Source: Octopus bimaculoides
Taxonomy: Eukaryota
DNA length: 35,038 bases
Direction: 5' to 3'
Assembly: GCF_001194135.2 (NCBI RefSeq)
Contig: NC_068997.1
Coordinates: 25,177,591 to 25,212,628, forward strand
A program made the position numbers and the translations under genes. The number at the start of each line of letters is the position of its first letter. Position 1 is the stretch's first letter. Under the pieces are notes generated by a model that saw nothing but the letters and a program-made list of their open reading frames with translations, was not told the origin of the DNA and made no database searches. Shown one piece after another: positions 10,802 to 22,258 of the stretch.

Positions 10802-11180
10802 CTATTGCATTGATAATGTCTGGCGTAGGATGTGGGCTGTTGCTATCAGGGCTACTTTTTAGAGAGTGTGTAGTGTTGAGGGTTCAGCTATAGCTTCTAA
10901 TTTTTTATTCATACGTTTCTTTATCACACCCGCTGCACCATTTATAACTGGTATTGTTTTCACCTTCATACCCAATATCTTGAATACTTCTATTTCGAGA
11001 TCTTTGTACTTTGACATTACCAGAACTCCTCTGCTGCGATGTCCGGCGTTTGTCTGAGATGCTGACCATACAGTTCTTTACTCCAGATCTTTCTACATAC
11101 GCGTGCTATTACTAGATAGCCGTTGGGCCTGCGCTACGTTCATCTGCTGTACAGGTCTTGTCTTTAATCCTGCTGAGTTT
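10802..11180 (-). mobile_element. R4/Dong-type non-LTR retrotransposon, C-terminal (RLE) fragments
   Basis: 11017-10802 translates MSKYKDLEIEVFKILGMKVKTIPVING...L*KVALIATAHILRQTLSMQ*, the RLE end. Just upstream is WSKELYGQHLRQTPDIAAEEFW, typical of the post-RT region of R4/Dong. Confidence 0.85.
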
Positions 11181-11803
11181 CTAGCAACCCTCCTCACCAG
11201 GATAGCCCGGTGGGGGTGCCGGTTTAGTCACCGACAACCCGATCATGCAGCAGATTGCACTGGATTCCATGTTACCAGTAGCACATATGGGAGCCTCATA
11301 AGTGAATAGGTAACCTGACATATATANNNNNNNNNNNNNNNNNNNNNNNNNNNNNNNNNNNNNNNNNNNNNNNNNNNNNNNNNNNNNNNNNNNNNNNNNN
11401 NNNNNNNNNNNNNNNNNNNNNNNNNNNNNNNNNNNNNNNNNNNNNNNNNNNNNNNNNNNNNNNNNNNNNNNNNNNNNNNNNNNNNNNNNNNNNNNNNNNN
11501 NNNNNNNNNNNNNNNNNNNNNNNNNNNNNNNNNNNNNNNNNNNNNNNNNNNNNNNNNNNNNNNNNNNNNNNNNNNNNNNNNNNNNNNNNNNNNNNNNNNN
11601 NNNNNNNNNNNNNNNNNNNNNNNNNNNNNNNNNNNNNNNNNNNNNNNNNNNNNNNNNNNNNNNNNNNNNNNNNNNNNNNNNNNNNNNNNNNNNNNNNNNN
11701 NNNNNNNNNNNNNNNNNNNNNNNNNNNNNNNNNNNNNNNNNNNNNNNNNNNNNNNTATATATATATATATGTCTATATATACATACATGCATACATACAT
11801 ACA

Positions 11804-12945
11804 TTGCTATAACACCTGTTAGCAACTTCCACATCAATGGTAGGCAAGTTATTGGTCGGTAGTTACTTGTTATATATCCTTTCTTTTGATCTTTCACTAT
11901 CAACATCGTCCTGCCTTTCGTCATCCATTGAGGAATATCTCCTGAGTCAATACAACTATTTAGTTATGTGCTCATTCTATCATGAAGTGCGGTGAAACGT
12001 TTCAGTCAAAACCCTTAGACGAAATCCGGTCCAGGGGATTTCCAGTTTGGTATTCCTTTAAGCTATTTTTAACATTTCTCCTGTGATCACTATGCTTTTC
12101 TCTTTTAGCAATTCTATGTTATTTTCCTTTATCTTTTTTAACCATTCTGCATCACCATTGTTCTTCACTTTGTGGCTCCAAATGTTTCTCATAATTCCTT
12201 TGTCTCTTCCTTGTTAGGCGTTACTTTCACTGTAACATCTCTACTTAGTTCCTTGTAAAATCTACTTTGATCTGTTTCGAACAACTTCTTTTGACTAAAT
12301 GGTTCAATTCTCTAATATAAATATATACTAAAAATAAAGATACATATATACTGAAAATAAAATAAATATATATTGGGGGGAAAATCAGCATATATTTAGT
12401 AGAGGCCAGCAATGCCTGTGCAGAGTTTTATGTCCAATAAGGCTTGTACGACACCTCATAGGCCTTCTCCACTTTATTGACATTATCCAGAGCAAGGTGT
12501 CTGTTGCCAATATGAGTCGCAGGCTGAGGGATGTGGGAGCGCCATGATCTCTAGCACAAACCAAAGATCCCCAAAATGTCCCACGTCATTGATCCTTCTT
12601 GTTAATGCTATCACCACTCTCCTATATTCCTTTTGTCTCAGCCAGTACTTTCATTGGATTGCTTCATGGAATCTACTTCTGTACTTATACCCGTTGCTAT
12701 GAATCTCTACCATCGCAAGATCTTTTCCCACCTAGTCTACCTGTCCCTTCAATTACCTTTTCTACCAAAGTTCTCTCTCTTTCTTTTCGGATTGTGATAT
12801 GTTCACTTCAAGTCTTTCCGTCACTACCACCGCTGCAGCATACATTAAGTTGTTGGCTATGGAGATATCATTATTTCGGAACTGGTCAAGTGGTACATGG
12901 TATCTGAACGTCGAAGTCTATGCCTTCAGTATCATTGACATTTAT
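11804..12945 (-). mobile_element. R4/Dong-type non-LTR retrotransposon, N-terminal region and start of RT (decayed, interrupted at 12314-12578)
   Basis: Translates DISIANNLMYAAAVVVTERL...KYWLRQK...RRINDVG, then QKKLFETDQSRFYKEL...AEWL...IPNWKSPGPD...[20 protein letters not shown]...[20 protein letters not shown]. Several stops and frameshifts. Confidence 0.9.
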
Positions 12946-13122
12946 CTGTCTTTCAGTTTCCGTCTACGAATCCATTCACAATGCATGGCCTCAGTCAAAT
13001 AACTGAAACGAATAAAAGAATAAAAGTATAGTATAAACTAAGATAAATGTTTAAGAGTTGCATGTGTTAGTATCACTACTAAGCATTATTAGGGGAATTC
13101 TGCTTCAAATTGAACCAATCCT

Positions 13123-13506
13123 GACTCTGTGTGGTAAGAAATATTCTTCGCAACTTCATGGTCCTGGGTTCATTCCCAATGCGTGGCACATAGCCTCGGG
13201 CCAACCAAAACTTTATGAGTGGAAACTGGAAGAAGCCCGTTGTATATATCAACATATCTGTGGGGTGGGGTATGTGTGTTTGTGTGTTTGTGTCAATGTT
13301 TGTAGTCTACCACCACTTGGCAACCGGTGTTGTTGCGTTTACGTCCCAAAAACATGGTGGCTTAGGAAAATTGACCCATAAATTTTAGTACCAGGTTTAA
13401 AAAGAAAATAAGTACCATAATCGATTAGTTCAGCTAAAATTTCTCAAGGTGGTGCCTCTGCATAGTCCACCTCTAATGACTGAAACAAGTGTAAAATAGA
13501 AGATAG
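13123..13506 (+). mobile_element. Family-A SINE, near full length, degenerate
   Basis: Head gtgtggtaagaa..., internal (TG)n, 3' part ...aatgactgaaacaagtg. Confidence 0.75.
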
Positions 13507-15464
13507 NNNNNNNNNNNNNNNNNNNNNNNNNNNNNNNNNNNNNNNNNNNNNNNNNNNNNNNNNNNNNNNNNNNNNNNNNNNNNNNNNNNNNNNNNNNNNN
13601 NNNNNNNNNNNNNNNNNNNNNNNNNNNNNNNNNNNNNNNNNNNNNNNNNNNNNNNNNNNNNNNNNNNNNNNNNNNNNNNNNNNNNNNNNNNNNNNNNNNN
13701 NNNNNNNNNNNNNNNNNNNNNNNNNNNNNNNNNNNNNNNNNNNNNNNNNNNNNNNNNNNNNNNNNNNNNNNNNNNNNNNNNNNNNNNNNNNNNNNNNNNN
13801 NNNNNNNNNNNNNNNNNNNNNNNNNNNNNNNNNNNNNNNNNNNNNNNNNNNNNNNNNNNNNNNNNNNNNNNNNNNNNNNNNNNNNNNNNNNNNNNNNNNN
13901 NNNNNNNNNNNNNNNNNNNNNNNNNNNNNNNNNNNNNNNNNNNNNNNNNNNNNNNNNNNNNNNNNNNNNNNNNNNNNNNNNNNNNNNNNNNNNNNNNNNN
14001 NNNNNNNNNNNNNNNNNNNNNNNNNNNNNNNNNNNNNNNNNNNNNNNNNNNNNNNNNNNNNNNNNNNNNNNNNNNNNNNNNNNNNNNNNNNNNNNNNNNN
14101 NNNNNNNNNNNNNNNNNNNNNNNNNNNNNNNNNNNNNNNNNNNNNNNNNNNNNNNNNNNNNNNNNNNNNNNNNNNNNNNNNNNNNNNNNNNNNNNNNNNN
14201 NNNNNNNNNNNNNNNNNNNNNNNNNNNNNNNNNNNNNNNNNNNNNNNNNNNNNNNNNNNNNNNNNNNNNNNNNNNNTATATATATATATATATATATATG
14301 TATTTATATATATATATATACACGTGTGTATATGTATATATGTATAAATACACACACTCAAACACATATATATGCTAGTGTGTTTACGTGGTTGTCGGTA
14401 GGGGTGTGCACGAGCGCACTTAATAGTAGAGGAAGGTTGAGAAACGGATGAAATGATTGAGTATTACTTACATGCACACACACACACACACATCTGTATC
14501 TATATGCGTATGTATGTATATATATATGAATATATGTATGGATACAAACATATCTACATGTACATATACATACATTCATACATATATATTCATATAATTG
14601 CATATCACAAATATTAATTTTTCATATCATTCAAAAATGTCCATTTTACGATGACTCATTTTCGTTTCTATAACTCTATTCGAATGAAACCCGAGTATTT
14701 CCCATTATAACTCTGCATGTTAATATAACAAGCTAATTAAGTAAAGAGAGAGATAATAAATAACTTTATATACACCCATTCGTACATACACAAAATATAT
14801 TACAATACATTACAAGCACACACACACATAGGACCGCACATGCTAACCCCCACGTATCTATATGTGTGCGTGTGTTTACATATATAAATACATACATACA
14901 TGTATGTATGTAAGTATATATATATATATATNNNNNNNNNNNNNNNNNNNNNNNNNNNNNNNNNNNNNNNNNNNNNNNNNNNNNNNNNNNNNNNNNNNNN
15001 NNNNNNNNNNNNNNNNNNNNNNNNNNNNNNNNNNNNNNNNNNNNNNNNNNNNNNNNNNNNNNNNNNNNNNNNNNNNNNNNNNNNNNNNNNNNNNNNNNNN
15101 NNNNNNNNNNNNNNNNNNNNNNNNNNNNNNNNNNNNNNNNNNNNNNNNNNNNNNNNNNNNNNNNNNNNNNNATATATATATGTATGTCTTTAAGAATGAT
15201 TGCGATGATTTATGTGAGCTGACAGCCTAATGTGTTTATAACCTTCCTGAAATTCTAGAATTTTCCTTCAGGTTTTTGAAAAATGTTCAGAGATAAACGA
15301 AAAAATAAAAATCTCTAAACTTATTTTGTATTTAAGTTGCAAGCATATTTAGAATTACAAACGAACAAGAAATAGGCGCCTATCTCCATTTTTGTTTTAT
15401 CGCATGAAGCAACCTACTGCAGATCAAATATCTTTCCCCTATAACCTTCTCCCGATATTTTGTT

Positions 15465-15675
15465 AAGGTACGTGGTCTAGAATACATGGAGCTGAATTCC
15501 CGATCGCAAGATCGTCGTTTCGATTCACGCAGTGGTCAGTGAACTTCGGCTCTTATTCAAAACACCTCATTTGCAAGCGTTGTCACATTCTGTGTGAGGC
15601 TAAATTTCCCTGAGAACTACATTAATGGTATGCATGTCTGTGGAGCCTCAGCCACTTGCGTGTTAATTCTATCCT
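15465..15675 (+). mobile_element. Degenerate CORE-type SINE related to the 28197 copy
   Basis: B-box-like gtttcgattc. The 3' part tgtcacattctgtgtgaggctaaatttccctgagaactacattaatggtatgcatgtctgtggagcctcagccacttgcgtgttaatt matches 28420-28515. Confidence 0.65.
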
Positions 15676-16519
15676 CGTGTAGCAATGAAAAGTGAAAGTG
15701 ACATCCAATATTTGATTTAACAAAATGGGCATGTATCTATTTATCTACTTTCCGTTCGATCTATGTATCTACTTTTCTTTCGATGTATACACTTTACATA
15801 TTAAGTCCTCAACGCTTGTTCTTAAGCTGCGCATATAAGTACTTCTGTCTCTATCTTCAATTCACTTCTCCTCGTCCATTTCCACATATCTTCTGTATCT
15901 GTCTTGACGCTCGTATCTCTTGCAAACTGACTGTACATTTTATTTTCCTCCCATGCTGTTTCTTTTTCTTTTTTTCTGTTCTTCTCCTCTTTCAGATTTT
16001 ATTTCTTTACACAATTACCAGTTTCAATGACACGGGCCTTCTACACATGTTTCAACAATGGTTCCACGGTATTTTTTACATACCACCTTAAGCTGTTTTC
16101 CGCTTTGATACAATCCTGGCAACTGATCAAACCACTCCCACCCTTTCTCCTGGACAAGTAAAGACTATCGGTGTCACTCCTAGGGTGGAAGGCTCCGCGC
16201 ACTATCAACATTTTTCTTGTCTTCGTATCATTATTATTATTATTATTATTTGTTATTATTATTTATGAAGTTGACCTAAGAGGAGAAAGAGGAGTTTACC
16301 ATCGCGAGACCTGGTTGTAATTTATGTTTCCTTCGGGTTTCTTCGGTCGCTCTGAATATCGCTCTTGGGTCATTACATTGATTCTCGCTCTTGTGTTAAC
16401 TGCTATTAATTTGTCATTTATTTAATGAACTAGCAAATACGGCAGTAGTTTATCACTTTTTACGGCTCTTACTGAAATTGTTGTCTGTTTTTTTGTTTTT
16501 TTGTTTTTCGATTTATTAC

Positions 16520-17200
16520 TTTTGTTAAAGAACAAAGCACTCCGTTGTAGTTGGTGTTGCTGTTGGTGTTGCGCTTGTTGTTTTTGTTGTTGTTGTTTTA
16601 TAGTTGTAATATTCCGACGCTGAATTGTTTCATTTTGTGGCTCAATTTATTGATATTTGTTTTTTGTTGTTGTTGTTGCTATTGTTGGTGGTGCTGCTGC
16701 TACGTGTGGTGCAGTTCTTCGTCTTCTTCCTTCCTTTGTCGCCACCCCCTCATTCTCATCACCAATACCAGCACCACTATCATCGTCGTCGTCGTCGTCG
16801 TCGTCATCATTATCATCATTGTTATTGTCACCAACACACCCACCACCACTACCAGTATCAACATCAACATCGTTATCATCACCCCTATCACCATCGCCGC
16901 CGCGACCACCGCCATATCACCATAGTCATTATCTCTATCATCATCACGACGACGACGACGACGACCACCACCACCACCACCACCACCACCACCACAACCA
17001 CCACCACCACCACAATCGTCACCGTCATCATCATTATCATCATCGTTGTCGTCATCATTTTCTTCTTCTTCGTCTTCTTCTTCTTTCTTCTTCTTCTTCT
17101 TTCACTTCTTCTTTTTCTTCTTCTTCTTCTTTTACTTCTTCTTTTTCTTCTTCTTTTTCTTCTTCTTCTTCTTCTTCTTCTTCTTCTTCTTTTTCTTCTT

Positions 17201-17253
<53 letters not shown>

Positions 17254-17352
17254 TCTTCTTCTTTTTCTTCTACTACTACTACTACTACTACTACTTCTTC
17301 TTCTTCTTCTTCTTCTTCTACTACTACCTCTTCTTTTTTTCTTTTTCTTCTT

Positions 17353-17396
<44 letters not shown>

Positions 17397-17526
17397 TCTT
17401 CTGTTTCTTCTTCTTCTTCCTCTTCTTCTTTTTCTTCTTTTTCTTCTACTACTACTACTTCTTCTTTTTCTTCTTCTTCTTCTGCTGCTACTTCTTCTTT
17501 TTCTTCTTTTTCTTCTACTTCTTCTT

Positions 17527-17579
<53 letters not shown>

Positions 17580-17585
17580 GTTTCT

Positions 17586-17619
<34 letters not shown>

Positions 17620-17742
17620 TTTCTTCTTTTTCTTCTACTACTTCTTCTTTTTCTTCTTTTTCTTCTTCTTCTTCTGCTGCTACTTCTTCTTTTTCTTCTT
17701 TTTCTTCTACTACTTCTTCTTTTTCTTCTTCTGCTGCTTCTG

Positions 17743-17800
<58 letters not shown>
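16520..17800. repeat. Large compound trinucleotide low-complexity tract (TGT, CAT, CGT, CAC, TTC, TAC)
   Basis: Read directly from the sequence. It explains the 313-456 aa homopolymeric ORFs in the track. Confidence 0.95.
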
Positions 17801-17804
<4 letters not shown>

Positions 17805-18550
17805 TTTCTTCTCTCACTTCTTTCTCTCCTCCCTCCTTCCCGCAACCCCTTCTTCCTCTCCTACCCCTCCCTTTCTCTTCCTTCTCTTCACTGTTCTTTT
17901 CAATACTATTTATATTGTTTTTATTGTCGGTCGTCGTCGTTGTTTTCTGTCGGTCACTTTACCTCTGCTGACCTTCATTTTTTCTAACAGTTGTGTTGTT
18001 ATTATTATTGTTATTGTCGTATTTTGATTGCTGATTTCGTCATTGCTATTGTCACACTTGTGGCATTTTTTTGCACATATCCTCCTTGACCTTGACAGTA
18101 ATGTTGTTGATGGTGGTGGAAATGCGGGTGGGTGAGTGGGATGGGNNNNNNNNNNNNNNNNNNNNNNNNNNNNNNNNNNNNNNNNNNNNNNNNNNNNNNN
18201 NNNNNNNNNNNNNNNNNNNNNNNNNNNNNNNNNNNNNNNNNNNNNNNNNNNNNNNNNNNNNNNNNNNNNNNNNNNNNNNNNNNNNNNNNNNNNNNNNNNN
18301 NNNNNNNNNNNNNNNNNNNNNNNNNNNNNNNNNNNNNNNNNNNNNNNNNNNNNNNNNNNNNNNNNNNNNNNNNNNNNNNNNNNNNNNNNNNNNNNNNNNN
18401 NNNNNNNNNNNNNNNNNNNNNNNNNNNNNNNNNNNNNNNNNNNNNNNNNNNNNNNNNNNNNNNNNNNNNNNNNNNNNNNNNNNNNNNNNNNNNNNNNNNN
18501 NNNNNNNNNNNNNNNNNNNNNNNNNCCGCTATCTGGGCGACCAAGTTAGT

Positions 18551-18601
18551 AGTGGGGTGGCGTGAGTGGGGTGGCGTGAGTGGGGTGGCGTGAGTGGGGG
18601 G
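18551..18601 (+). repeat. 14-bp G-rich minisatellite (agtggggtggcgtg)x3.5
   Basis: Units start at 18551, 18565 and 18579, with a partial unit at 18593. Confidence 0.9.
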
Positions 18602-18635
18602 TATTTGTCGGGTATTTCAATAATCAATTACGTAA

Positions 18636-18970
18636 GTGAAGACACATGGCTCAGTGGTTAGAGCGTCGGGCTCACAATCATGAAGTAGTGATTTCGATTC
18701 CCAGACCGGGTTGCCTGCTGTGTTCTTGAGCAAGACACTTTATTTCACGTTGCTCAAGTTCTCTCAGCTACAGAAATGAGTTGCGAGCTCACTGGTGCCA
18801 AGCTGTATCCGTATTTCTCTTGGATTAACATCGGGTGGTGGGTAGAGAGAAGGCTGGTACGCATGGACGACTGTTGGTCTTCCATAAACAACCTTGCCCG
18901 GATTTGTGCCTCGTAGGGTTAATTTCTAGGTGCAATGCCATGGAAATTCATAACCAAAGGAGGTCTTTAC
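18636..18970 (+). mobile_element. Family-B CORE-type tRNA-derived SINE, full length
   Basis: A box tggctcagtgg (18647-18657), B box atttcgattcc (18691-18701), CORE-like gtgttcttgagcaagacactttatttcacgttgctc...agaaatgagt. Confidence 0.9.
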
Positions 18971-18976
18971 GTAGTT

Positions 18977-19425
18977 AAGTCAGCGAGATGGCAGAATTGT
19001 TACTGCGTCGGCAAAGAATACTTAGCGACATTTCGTCTCTTTATGTTCCGAGTTCAAATTCGGCCGAGGTCGACTTTGTCTTTCATTGTTTCGAGGTCGA
19101 TAAAATAAGTATCAGCTGAGCAGTCGGATTGATGTAATCGATTTAGCCCATCCACCTAAATTACTAGCCTTCTGTCAAAATTTGAAACCATTAATAATTA
19201 CGTAGTTAAGGCGACGAGCTGGTAAAGAATTGTTATTGTGCCGGGAAAAATTCCCACTGCAATTTTGTCTGTTTTACATTCAGATTTCAAATTTCGCCGA
19301 GGTTGACTTTGCCTGTCATTATTTCGTGGTCAATAATTAATTACCAATTGAACACTGGGATCGAAGTAATCGACTAACCTCCTCATCCGAAATTGTAAAA
19401 TATATTCCAAAATTCGAAGCAATTA
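18977..19425 (+). mobile_element. Two tandem family-M SINEs (18977-19195; 19208-19425)
   Basis: Each copy has the head aagg/tc.gcgag.tggc, B-box-like gagttcaaatt / atttcaaattt and the gtcgactttg...gtcgataaa core. Confidence 0.85.
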
Positions 19426-19449
19426 TCAATTATGTAGTAATGTATTAAT

Positions 19450-19840
19450 TCTTTTATATTTCAAATTGTACTTGTTTCAGTCATTAGGCTGCGTCCATGC
19501 TGGAGCACCGCATTTTTATTTGAAAGTATCGACCCCAGGACTCATTGTTTTTAAACGCCTGCTACTTATTCTATCTGTCTTTTAGTCGAACCTTGAAGTC
19601 ACGGGGACGTAAACGCACCAACACCAGTTGTCAAGATGTGGTGGGGGACAAACACACGCACACATATACAAATATATAACGGGCTTCTTTCAGTTACCTT
19701 CAACCAAATCCACTCACAAGGCTTTGGTCGGCCCGAGGCTATAGTAGAAGACACGTGTCCAGGGTGCCACACAGTGGGAATGAGCCCAGAACCATATGCT
19801 TAGGAAGGAAGCTTCTTACTACACAGCTACGCCTGCGCCT
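19450..19840 (-). mobile_element. Family-A SINE, full length
   Basis: Reverse complement runs from aggcgcagg head through gccgaccaaagccttgtgagtggatttgg to the gactgaaacaagt tail. Confidence 0.85.
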
Positions 19841-19863
19841 AATGCATTATTGATTATGTGTTT

Positions 19864-20100
19864 GTGAAAGCGAGTGACCTAGTGTTTAGTCTGTTGCTCT
19901 TTCAATCGTAAGACCGTCGTTTTGTTTCCTAGAACGGCCAGAGCATTGCGCTTTTGAGTAAACAATTCGTTTCATTTTGCTGCGGTCCACTCAACTGCAA
20001 GCGAGTAACACTTCGAAAGACCGGCCTCCCATTCAAGGCAAAAGTTATGATTTCAGCCATTTATACGTCATGGAAAACGGGTAACCAGCCCGATGAGTCC
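19864..20100 (+). mobile_element. Degenerate CORE-type SINE
   Basis: gtgaaagcgagtgacctagtg head and ttgagtaaacaattcgtttcattttgctgcggtccactcaactgc core. Confidence 0.55.
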
Positions 20101-20108
20101 TAAGGCTG

Positions 20109-20160
<52 letters not shown>

Positions 20161-20747
20161 TGCGTTCAAACACAGAGACGCACCCACACATATACTTATA
20201 ACAGGTTGATATCAACACGCACTCAAAAACCTGTACACAGAATGATTGCTATATACATTCCTAGAGAGATTCCTTTTCTCATGCAGCTCACATACCCGTA
20301 GATAAACATTCACACATACCTACACACGCTTAAACATACATACGCACATGTATATATATGTGTGTGTGCGTGTGTGTGTGCCCATGTGTGTGTGTATGTG
20401 TGTGTGTCCCCGGCTATGAACGTATATATATATATATATATATAAAGTGACTGTGAGAGAGAGAGACGCAGAGACAAGATGGCGGTAATTCAGTGATAAC
20501 AGAAGTAATTTAAACTTGTCTGTGTTATTGTAGTATTTACATATATGAAACAAAAGCATGATAGAATAGAGAAAGGTCACTTCATGGCTGACTAACAATG
20601 GTCAGGAAAGAGGCAACCTAATACTGCCTGATCTTATCTTTGAAGACTTGATCAGAAGTATTACGATTCAAATGAATTTTTTACGTGGTACCGACCTCTA
20701 GCTGTCATCCTCGACGACATGCTTACAAATGTAGAAACATACGTATA

Positions 20748-20910
20748 CAGGCGCAGGTGTGACAGAGTGGTTACAAGCTTGCTTCACAACGATGTCGTTT
20801 TGGATTCAAGACTCTCCGTGGGACCATGGGCCAATGCCATGTACAATAACCCCCGGCCGACTAATGGGTTATTAGTGGTTTTGTGTGACAGAAACTGAAA
20901 TACGCTCGTC
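20748..20910 (+). mobile_element. Family-A SINE, 5' half, degenerate
   Basis: caggcgcaggtgtgacagagtggttacaagcttgctt...agaaactgaaatacgctcgtc. Confidence 0.65.
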
Positions 20911-21331
20911 ATTTATAAATATATATATAAACTGACTATCCGGAAGTCTGTGTGCGATGCAGAAACAAATGTGATTTACTATTTAATTCTGGTATCTGAC
21001 ATCTTCATGTTATATTATTCTTATATTCATCGTGTATCAAACACTGGAAAATATCCTACATTAGAAGAACATGTGGTGACCAAATAATGGCATGAGGAAC
21101 TGTTAAATGCTACGAACATTTTACCCGAATTATACAAAATATGTACATGTGTGTGCGTGTGATCACGCGCGTGTGCACCTGTATGTATACATTAGCTGTA
21201 TGAATATAAATATGTGTGTATGTATGTATTTATATATGTACGTGTGCATGTACATACGTACGTACGTATGTCTATGTATACAGATATATAATATGTGCAA
21301 GGTTCGACTAAAAGACACAGAATTTATATGC

Positions 21332-21362
<31 letters not shown>

Positions 21363-21400
21363 CATACATACATACATACATACATACACACACACGCACG

Positions 21401-21486
<86 letters not shown>

Positions 21487-21823
21487 NNNNNNNNNNNNNN
21501 NNNNNNNNNNNNNNNNNNNNNNNNNNNNNNNNNNNNNNNNNNNNNNNNNNNNNNNNNNNNNNNNNNNNNNNNNNNNNNNNNNNNNNNNNNNNNNNNNNNN
21601 NNNNNNNNNNNNNNNNNNNNNNNNNNNNNNNNNNNNNNNNNNNNNNNNNNNNNNNNNNNNNNNNNNNNNNNNNNNNNNNNNNNNNNNNNNNNNNNNNNNN
21701 NNNNNNNNNNNNNNNNNNNNNNNNNNNNNNNNNNNNNNNNNNNNNNNNNNNNNNNNNNNNNNNNNNNNNNNNNNNNNNNNNNNNNNNNNNNNNNNNNNNN
21801 NNNNNNNNNNNNNNNNNNNNNNN

Positions 21824-21872
<49 letters not shown>

Positions 21873-21873
<1 letters not shown>

Positions 21874-21913
21874 GACGGACTTCTTTCAGTTTCCATCTAC
21901 TAAATGCACTCAT
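21873..21913 (-). mobile_element. Family-A SINE internal fragment adjoining (TA)n
   Basis: cgacggacttctttcagtttccatctac is the reverse complement of the pre-microsatellite motif. Confidence 0.6.
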
Positions 21914-22061
21914 ATTTATATATGCGTGTGTGTATGTGTGTATGTGTATGTGTGTGCGCGTGTACATGCACATACACACACGCCCAAACGAGTAACAAAA
22001 CGAAAAACAATTCCTCAGAAACCTTAGAAACAATAACAAATGTATCCAAAATTTTACTTAC

Positions 22062-22258
22062 AAGAGGAGACACGTTTCTATAAATATAACAAAAAGAAAC
22101 AAAGAACACGAAAAGCACGCAGATACTCTTACACTTAGACTCACACACATACATACATTTACACATACACACACACACAAACACGCGTGCACACATGCTC
22201 ACTTACTCATTGAAGATAAACCACCTATCCTTGCCAAACTTAGAGCAAGAATCTAGCT
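22062..22258 (-). CDS. Candidate pair of short exons (22207 to 22252/22258, and a 16-nt microexon at 22062-22077) of an unidentified gene
   Basis: Two GTAAGT donors (22206-22201 and 22061-22056) and a 129-nt intron with a long pyrimidine tract ending tatttatAG. Stop-free joined readings exist. Confidence 0.3.

Noticed and set aside
13430-14367. Long track ORFs spanning N gaps (also at 11.2, 18.0, 21.1, 28.5 and 31.9 kb)
   Set aside because: Their length comes from Ns and dinucleotide repeats.
16625-18027. Long ORFs of 313-456 aa (and the 173-aa E/V-rich minus ORF)
   Set aside because: They are homopolymeric translations of trinucleotide repeats, open in several frames, with no splice or domain signal.
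18636-18710. tRNA-like sequences with A/B boxes (also 5760-5818 and 28197-28265)
   Set aside because: No full cloverleaf, and each continues into a SINE body. These are SINE heads, not tRNA genes.
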